IMG/VR virus record: IMGVR_UViG_3300017913_002592 | Location: 1-50,773 of that record | Direction: 5' to 3' (one strand) | Source: a virus | Lineage: Duplodnaviria; Caudoviricetes | Length of the DNA stretch: 50,773 bases | Shown here: piece after piece, positions 44,365-50,773 of the stretch | Layout: every line of letters begins with the position of its first letter | Numbering within the stretch: position 1 is the stretch's first letter | Notes under the pieces: generated by a model | What the model was told of the DNA's origin: nothing | The model's database searches: none | Seen by the model: only the letters and a program-made list of their open reading frames with translations | Position numbers and translations under genes: made by a program

Positions 44365-45190
44365 TAAAATTATAAATCCGAGTGATAAAACCACTCTGAT
44401 TGTAGATGCACTGAACTTAGCTTTTCGATGGAAGCATCAGGGTCGCACAGATTTTCGTTATGACTATCAACGGACAGTTGAAAGTTTGGCAAAATCATAT
44501 GACTGCAAAAGATTAATTATTGCAGCAGACTGGGGATCTTCTAGTTATAGAAAAGGTATTAATCCTGAGTATAAACAAAATCGAAAAGAAAAGTTTGCAG
44601 AACAAACTGAAGAAGAACGAATCGCATTTGAAGAGTTTTTCGAAGAGTTCGAAGCATCGCTAGAAGTACTCGAAGAAGCTGGGTATACAGTTCTTCGATA
44701 CAAGGGTGTAGAGGCAGATGATATTGCTGCACACCTAGTAAAAGATAAAGATAAATACGGCTTAGAGTATATTTGGCTAATTTCAAGTGATCGTGACTGG
44801 GATCTTTTGATTCAAGAAAATGTAGGTCGATTCTCTTATGTGACGAGGAAGGAAGTCACGCTAGAGACTTGGAGTGACCATTATGAATGTTCTCCCGAAG
44901 AATATATCTCACTCAAATGCCTCACTGGGGACAAAGGTGATAATGTCCCAGGGATACCTGGAATAGGCCCAAAGAGAGCTGTACAGTTAATTCAACAATA
45001 TGGAGATGCAATGAGTATTTATGATGCAACTCCAATTGATAGTCGGTATAAGTTTATTCAAGCATTAAATGAAAATGCAGAACAAATCTTAGAAAACTAT
45101 GAACTTATGGATTTAATAACATATTGCGATGATGCAATTGGCGCTGATAATATATCAGATATACAAGGGAGACTATTAAGTGTCGTTTAA
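44345..45190 (+). CDS. D15: Flap endonuclease / 5'-3' exonuclease (D15)
   Basis: IVDALNLAFR, YKQNR, EADD, SSDRD, GDKGDNVPGIPGIGPKRA. Confidence 0.93.
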   Translation: MAFSFSDKIINPSDKTTLIVDALNLAFRWKHQGRTDFRYDYQRTVESLAKSYDCKRLIIAADWGSSSYRKGINPEYKQNRKEKFAEQTEEERIAFEEFFEEFEASLEVLEEAGYTVLRYKGVEADDIAAHLVKDKDKYGLEYIWLISSDRDWDLLIQENVGRFSYVTRKEVTLETWSDHYECSPEEYISLKCLTGDKGDNVPGIPGIGPKRAVQLIQQYGDAMSIYDATPIDSRYKFIQALNENAEQILENYELMDLITYCDDAIGADNISDIQGRLLSVV

Positions 45191-46961
45191 TGTAACAGTA
45201 GATTATCGACGAGATAGGTATCTATCAGAGTTCAGCAAGAAAACTCTACAAGATAGGTATTTAATTGATGGGGAGATATCTCCACAAGACGCATTTGCAC
45301 GAGCAGCAAAGGCTTTTGCCAACGACGAAGCTCATGCACAGCGATTATATGATTATGCTAGCAAACTATGGTTTATGTTCTCTACTCCTGTACTTTCTAA
45401 TGGAGGTACTACTCGAGGGCTGCCTATTAGTTGCTTTCTTAACTATGTTGATGATAGTAGGGAAGGTCTTACAAATCACTACACAGAAAACGCTTTTCTT
45501 AGTAGTGTTGGCGGTGGCATTGGCGGGTGCTGGAACGGGGTTCGGAGTGTAGGCTCGAAAACGAGCAATGGCTCCGAAAGTACGGGGGTTATTCCTTTTC
45601 TGAAAGTTGTAGATGCAGAAATGCTGGCATTTAGCCAAGGCGTTACACGTCGTGGAAGCTATGCTGCATATCTTGACATTTCTCACCCAGAAGTAGAAGA
45701 GTTCTTAGATGTGCGTAAGCCTACTGGCGGTGACGTAAATCGTAAGTCTGTAAATCTTCATCATGGAGTAATTATTTCAGATGAGTTTATGGAGCTTATT
45801 GAAAGTGCTACGAGAGAAGAAGGGTTTGATGACTCCTGGGACTTGATTGATCCTCATTCTGGCAGAGTTACAAAGACTGTGTCCGCTAAAACACTTTGGG
45901 TAAAACTTATTCAGAATCGAGTAGAAACTGGTGAGCCTTATATTATGTTCAAGGATACTGTGCAGGATGCTTTGCCGCAGTGTCAGAAAGATAAAGGACT
46001 ACAAGTACATCACTCAAATCTTTGTAGTGAAATTACTCTTGCGACGGACGACGAGCGTACAGCAGTATGTTGTCTATCAAGTGTAAATTTAGAAGAATTT
46101 GATGAGTGGCAGCATGACCCTCATTTTATTCCTGATCTAGTTGCAATGCTTGATAATGTACTATCACACTTTATTGAAAAAGCTCCAAATGAGTTATGGC
46201 GAGCTAAGCATAGCGCAGAGCAAGAACGAAGTATTGGGCTAGGAGCAATGGGGTTTCACGCCTATCTTCAAAGACATCATGTGCCTTTTGAAGGCGTAAT
46301 GGCAAAGAGTGCAAACATGAGAATGTTTCGTCACATAAAAACGGAGGCACTGAATGCCACACGAAAATTGGCTGAAGAAAGGGGTGAAGCTCCTGACGCA
46401 GAAGGTTATGGAGTTCGTAATGTTCATTTGCTGGCTGTTGCTCCTAATGCTAGTAGTTCTATCATTTGTGGTAACACTAGTCCCAGTATTGAGCCTTATC
46501 GAGCTAATGCATTTACACAGAAAACTAAGTCAGGTTCCAGCTTACAAAAGAATGAGTACTTGGAACACATTCTTCAAGAACTAGGAGAAGATAACGATGA
46601 AGTATGGAAAAGCATTATTACAAACAATGGTTCAGTACAGCATCTTGAGTTTTTGGACGACTTTACAAAAGACGTCTTCAAAACCGCAGTTGAGATTGAC
46701 CAAAGATGGATTATTGATTTTGCAGCCGATCGACAAGAACATATCTGTCAAAGTCAGTCCCTAAACGTATTTTTCCCTGCAAATGTATCAAAGCAGGAAC
46801 TTCATGCTATTCATATGATGGCGTGGAAAAAGAAAGTAAAAACTTTGTATTATCTACGAAGTGAGGCGTATAAGCGTGCTGAAAATGTATCTGACGAAGC
46901 TCTTCGACAGTATATCTTTGAAAGCATGGATGAAGAGGGGTGTCTTGCCTGTGAAGGATAA
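45180..46961 (+). CDS. nrdA: Class I ribonucleotide reductase alpha subunit
   Basis: ISCF, SNLCSEI, APNASSS, TLYYLR, C-terminal CLAC. Confidence 0.95.
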   Translation: MSFNVTVDYRRDRYLSEFSKKTLQDRYLIDGEISPQDAFARAAKAFANDEAHAQRLYDYASKLWFMFSTPVLSNGGTTRGLPISCFLNYVDDSREGLTNHYTENAFLSSVGGGIGGCWNGVRSVGSKTSNGSESTGVIPFLKVVDAEMLAFSQGVTRRGSYAAYLDISHPEVEEFLDVRKPTGGDVNRKSVNLHHGVIISDEFMELIESATREEGFDDSWDLIDPHSGRVTKTVSAKTLWVKLIQNRVETGEPYIMFKDTVQDALPQCQKDKGLQVHHSNLCSEITLATDDERTAVCCLSSVNLEEFDEWQHDPHFIPDLVAMLDNVLSHFIEKAPNELWRAKHSAEQERSIGLGAMGFHAYLQRHHVPFEGVMAKSANMRMFRHIKTEALNATRKLAEERGEAPDAEGYGVRNVHLLAVAPNASSSIICGNTSPSIEPYRANAFTQKTKSGSSLQKNEYLEHILQELGEDNDEVWKSIITNNGSVQHLEFLDDFTKDVFKTAVEIDQRWIIDFAADRQEHICQSQSLNVFFPANVSKQELHAIHMMAWKKKVKTLYYLRSEAYKRAENVSDEALRQYIFESMDEEGCLACEG

Positions 46962-47178
46962 AATAACAGTGTGGGGTACAGAAGATTGTCGCTTCTGCCA
47001 TTTGGCGGAAGATCTGGCAAGAAGTAAAGGGTTTGAAATCGAAAGTATCGAAGCAAGCCAAGATATGATAAAATTTATGGAATTATTTCCCGGAGTCAAA
47101 ACAGTACCTCAAATACTTATTGGAGATACTTGGATAGGCGGGTATAGCGACTTGAAAGAAGTCTTAGAGAGCATTTAA
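46951..47178 (+). CDS. Glutaredoxin
   Basis: CRFC, TVPQI, IGGY; likely GTG start. Confidence 0.88.
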   Translation: MKDKITVWGTEDCRFCHLAEDLARSKGFEIESIEASQDMIKFMELFPGVKTVPQILIGDTWIGGYSDLKEVLESI

Positions 47179-48137
47179 TGAATTTACTAGCAGAAAGAGA
47201 ATATTATAAGCCATTTAACTATCCGTGGGCATTTAAACATTATAAAACTCAGCAACACATGCACTGGCTTCCTGATGAAGTCAATCTTGCTGATGATTTG
47301 CGAGATTATCGAGATAGGTTGACTCCTGAGAATCGTCGACTTATAAATCAGATTTTTCGATTTTTTACGCAGGCTGATGTAGATGTTTGCTGTGGGTATG
47401 CCAAGCATTATCTGCCAACATTTAAGCAGCCTGAAGTAAGAATGATGCTATCTGCTTTTGCAGCAATGGAAGCAGTGCATCAAGAAGCCTATTCACTATT
47501 GCTAGAAACTCTTGGTTTTGGTGACGGCGAATACCAAAAGTTTTTTGAACATAAAGCAATGATGGATAAGCACGAGCATCTTTCCAATTTTGGAATGGAT
47601 ACTCCAATGAATATCGCTAAAACAATGGCAATTTACTCTGGATTTACTGAAGGAGTACAATTGTTTAGTAGTTTTGCGATTCTACTGAACTTTCCAAGAC
47701 ATAACTTGATGAAAGGTATGGGGCAGATTGTTACCTGGTCGATTCGTGATGAAACATTGCACGTTGAAGGTATGTCACAGCTATTCCGCACTTTTATTCA
47801 AGAGAATCCCGAGCTATGGAATGATGATTTAAAATATGAAATCTACTGTGCGGCAGAGCGTACTGTAGAGCTAGAAGATGCTTTTATTGATTTGTGTTTC
47901 GAAGGTGCGGAAGTACCTGAGCTAACACCAGAAGAAGTAAAAGAGTATATTCGTTATATTGCAGATCGTAGACTCCTTGGCTTAGGAATGAAGAAAATCT
48001 TTGGAAGTGAGAAAAACCCTCTGCCTTGGCTTGACTATATGTTAAACGGTGTAGAGCATACTAACTTTTTTGAAAACCGTGCCACCGAGTATGCGCGCGC
48101 GAGCACTACCGGAAACTGGCAAGACATCTTTAAATAG
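47178..48137 (+). CDS. nrdB: Class I ribonucleotide reductase beta subunit
   Basis: EAVH..AY, EGVQLFSSF, DETLH, NFFE. Confidence 0.95.
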   Translation: MNLLAEREYYKPFNYPWAFKHYKTQQHMHWLPDEVNLADDLRDYRDRLTPENRRLINQIFRFFTQADVDVCCGYAKHYLPTFKQPEVRMMLSAFAAMEAVHQEAYSLLLETLGFGDGEYQKFFEHKAMMDKHEHLSNFGMDTPMNIAKTMAIYSGFTEGVQLFSSFAILLNFPRHNLMKGMGQIVTWSIRDETLHVEGMSQLFRTFIQENPELWNDDLKYEIYCAAERTVELEDAFIDLCFEGAEVPELTPEEVKEYIRYIADRRLLGLGMKKIFGSEKNPLPWLDYMLNGVEHTNFFENRATEYARASTTGNWQDIFK

Positions 48138-48145
48138 GAATTCTT

Positions 48146-48322
48146 ATGGCAAATGAAAGTATCAAACTTGACCTATCTCTACAAGAAATTAATATAATTC
48201 TTGGAGGACTGGGAGAGCTTCCAGCAAAACAAAGTATGGGAGTGATTAGTAAACTTCAACAGCAGGCACAACAGCAAGTTGTACCAGAACCTGTTGCAGC
48301 GGAAGAGGAAGGGGCTGAATAG
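48146..48322 (+). CDS. Small hypothetical protein
   Basis: MANESIKLDLSLQEINIILGGLGELPAKQS... Confidence 0.65.
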   Translation: MANESIKLDLSLQEINIILGGLGELPAKQSMGVISKLQQQAQQQVVPEPVAAEEEGAE

Positions 48323-48328
48323 CCCCTT
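48309..48328. terminator. Terminator between convergent early and late blocks
   Basis: AAGGGGCT-gaat-AGCCCCTT followed by a T-rich tract. Confidence 0.75.
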
Positions 48329-48393
48329 TACTTTTATTGTTATTGTTATTTTATGGTAAAGCTAATATCCAGCTAGTGGCATTTTTACACGCA

Positions 48394-49209
48394 TTAAAAT
48401 CTTAATGTTGAGGCGAACCAAGCGTCACTATAGGTGCCGCCAAATTCTGGAGGGTTTTCGGTCGTTGATGTAGATGTAATCTTGTATTGAATCGCCGTAG
48501 ACGATCTATAAGTCCCGCTAAAAAAAGTGGCTCCCGCTAGCAAATACCCACTTCCCGCAGTCATATTCACTCCGTCATCATCCAAGTGGCCCGTAGCAAC
48601 AATTAACTTAGTGCCTGAAGTGCTTGAAAGGGAAGGTGGGTTAGGCATTCCCGAAGAGTCAGATGTTGAGCTACTACCTAATAGTGACGTATTGGTATTT
48701 CTAAAAACAGCCCCCACTAGACTGTAATAGTCACTCCCACTGTTTGTACTTAAACTATACGGGTTTGAATCGTTAGACGACCATATTCCGTAGTAGACAC
48801 CGTATTGCGGATTTCTAGCTGTAGGGGCTGCAAATGCAGCATTTAAAGAGGACATACCTGTTATTTCGTATCCAGACTCCGGCCCCCTTCTCTTCGCAGT
48901 AATAGCAATAACAACTAAGTCTCCAGCTTGAACCCCTGCGCCAGTAATATTGAGTGGGTTACTAGAATTCCAATCCCTTGGTCTTTGATAAGTTAAAGTC
49001 GCAGAACCAACAAAAGACGCAGCCGAGCTAGCACCGTAAAAATCACCAAAGTCTATCTCTGTTCCAGGCGATGTATTAATAGTTTTTCCAGACGCGGGTG
49101 TTAAGCCCCGAATATCAGAATCGTTTAGAGACGCCTGAGTGCCACTAGTGCCGCCTGCCTCAACGTGAATATCGTTTAAACTAATTGAGCCGCTAGTCTG
49201 AAGAGGCAT
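48394..49209 (-). CDS. Tail-fibre-associated virion protein
   Basis: MPLQTSGSISLNDIHVEAGG...DFYGAS N-terminus typical of genes following S74-chaperone fibres. Confidence 0.65.
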   Translation of the reverse strand: MPLQTSGSISLNDIHVEAGGTSGTQASLNDSDIRGLTPASGKTINTSPGTEIDFGDFYGASSAASFVGSATLTYQRPRDWNSSNPLNITGAGVQAGDLVVIAITAKRRGPESGYEITGMSSLNAAFAAPTARNPQYGVYYGIWSSNDSNPYSLSTNSGSDYYSLVGAVFRNTNTSLLGSSSTSDSSGMPNPPSLSSTSGTKLIVATGHLDDDGVNMTAGSGYLLAGATFFSGTYRSSTAIQYKITSTSTTENPPEFGGTYSDAWFASTLRF

Positions 49210-50773
49210 TCTTCAGCTCCTCTACTTCTGCTTTAAGGTCTTTAACAGCTTCAATCAAATAGCCAACAATATTTCCATACGCTACTGACAGGTACTCGTT
49301 AGAGTCGTTGACAAGCTCAGGCGCAACCTTCTGAAGTTCCTGAGCAACTACACCAGACGACTGTTGCCCGTTCATCACGAACGAGACGCCGCGCATGTTG
49401 TAGACCTTGGAGCCGTCGAGGGTTTCGATGTCCGACTTGAGTCGCTCATCCGAGTAGCCTGTGACGTTACCAGTCGCGAGGATGTTACCGGCGATATGAA
49501 GCTTCTCAGTAGGGGTCACGCCAACGCCCAAGTTGCCGGTGCTAGTGATACGGACGCGCTCGGTAGCGCCAGCGGTAAACGTCATCGCGTCATTGTCGTG
49601 CTCATAGGTAATCCGTCCAGCAAACGTGCCATCGCCGAATGTAATTGCGCCGTCTGCGGTGGTGCTTTCGCTGTGAATCAAAATGCCGCCAGAGCCAGCC
49701 GTCGATACCTGAAGATTTCCAATGCTTGTATAGGTTTGTCGAGGAATGTTGCTGGTTGCGATTACTGCTCCAGTGCTTTTGTGGACTGTTAATCCTGCGT
49801 CTGGTGTTGAGTCACCAATGCCAACGTTACCGCTGGAGGTGATGCGCATACGCTCGTTCGCGCCTGATGTGCTGAACGTCAGCGCCGTGGTGCTGTTGGC
49901 GCGTATGTTTACAGCAGAGTTGTTCCACACGATCTTCCCGTTCTCGGTGGTGCCGTCTTCCTGACGAAGCGCGATGGTGCCGAAGTTACCGGCTGACGTA
50001 TCAGCGTTCAGCATCAAAGTGCCGCCAGAACTGTTGGAGGCTACGTGAAGCGGGTAGGAGGGGGTGATCCCACCGATTCCCACGTTACCGGCGGTGTTGA
50101 TACGGAGCGCCTCCTCACCTACTGATGTCTCAAACTTGAAGGTGCCGTCAACATCATTACCGGCGATGAATGTCATCACTTTGCCAGTGTCGGGGGAGGA
50201 TACGTCGTTGCGAATCCCCGTGTTACCTGCTTGATCCTGATAGAGTATGAAAGAATCGGCTGCGTTCTCGTTCTTCAGGTCCACCCGCGCCCAGTTAGCT
50301 GCGTCGTCGTTGGAAAACACACGCAGACCTGACTCGTAAGCGTTCCCAGTGTTCTTAATGGCCAGTTGGTTCGTGCCGGGAGCAGTTGTACCAATCCCTA
50401 CGCGGCGATCCGAGTTGATAGTGACAGCAGTCCTGTCGTTACCGGCAGAGGAACCTACGTTAAACTCCCACCCGACCTGCGAGCCGTTGCTTCCCGGACT
50501 TGTGGCGCGAATAGAACCTTTGACTCCAGCGCCAGCGCCCGAAGCGTCGGCAGAGTCTACAAGAAGCCCGCCCCACTCAGTGCTCAGGAAATTAGTTGCG
50601 GCGTTCTCTAATCCAATGTACGTCCCTGATGACTGTTCCTTTGCGTCTAACGAAAGTGTGTACGATGGGGTAGGCGCACCAATGCCAAAGTTGCCATTGG
50701 AGTGGACGCGAGCCTTCTCAGAACCGCCCAGAGAAAACGACAGCCTACCGTTGGACAATTCGTTGTTGAAGTC
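49193..50773 (-). CDS. Tail fibre with C-terminal intramolecular chaperone (peptidase S74); 5' end outside the window
   Basis: Repeated (E)R.RI...GN.GIG units; YSDERLKSDIE; GVVAQE...PELV; frame open to the window edge. Confidence 0.88.
   Translation of the reverse strand, partial: DFNNELSNGRLSFSLGGSEKARVHSNGNFGIGAPTPSYTLSLDAKEQSSGTYIGLENAATNFLSTEWGGLLVDSADASGAGAGVKGSIRATSPGSNGSQVGWEFNVGSSAGNDRTAVTINSDRRVGIGTTAPGTNQLAIKNTGNAYESGLRVFSNDDAANWARVDLKNENAADSFILYQDQAGNTGIRNDVSSPDTGKVMTFIAGNDVDGTFKFETSVGEEALRINTAGNVGIGGITPSYPLHVASNSSGGTLMLNADTSAGNFGTIALRQEDGTTENGKIVWNNSAVNIRANSTTALTFSTSGANERMRITSSGNVGIGDSTPDAGLTVHKSTGAVIATSNIPRQTYTSIGNLQVSTAGSGGILIHSESTTADGAITFGDGTFAGRITYEHDNDAMTFTAGATERVRITSTGNLGVGVTPTEKLHIAGNILATGNVTGYSDERLKSDIETLDGSKVYNMRGVSFVMNGQQSSGVVAQELQKVAPELVNDSNEYLSVAYGNIVGYLIEAVKDLKAEVEELKNASSD

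Noticed and set aside
34574-48137. Introns, inteins or homing endonucleases in polA, helicases or nrdAB
   Set aside because: The ORFs are continuous and compact, with no intein or HNH/GIY-YIG motifs seen

Overview
Part of a lytic T5-like (Demerecviridae-type) siphophage genome, probably from a marine gammaproteobacterial host (inferred from bS21, PhoH, peroxiredoxin, Hsp20 and a Pseudomonas-type parS). The window seems to cross the junction of a circularly assembled genome. 1-10.5 kb is a minus-strand block: terminase small subunit, a large adhesin/tail cassette, a methyltransferase-like gene and an operon of secreted, pilin/chaperone-like genes. 10.6-13.3 kb is a GC-rich, miniature pre-early (first-step-transfer-like) region with an A2 homolog, HAD phosphatase and DEDDh exonuclease. 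It is bounded by a Fur-like box on the left and, on the right, a perfect parS and four back-facing consensus sigma70 promoters. 13.3-26 kb holds early accessory genes, two long structured non-coding loci, and lysis and auxiliary genes. 26-48.3 kb is the T5-like replication block (D2, D3, split NAD ligase, D5, helicase, primase, PolA, D10-D15, NrdAB). 48.4-50.8 kb holds convergent tail-fibre genes. No tRNA, CRISPR array or integrase was seen. The most novel signals are the host-protein docking sites in the putative first-injected DNA, a ~470-nt pseudoknot-rich ncRNA candidate, the usher-less pilus-like operon and a dispersed 11-bp-period GGGGTC repeat. All calls come from motif reading and recalled similarity; no searches were run.
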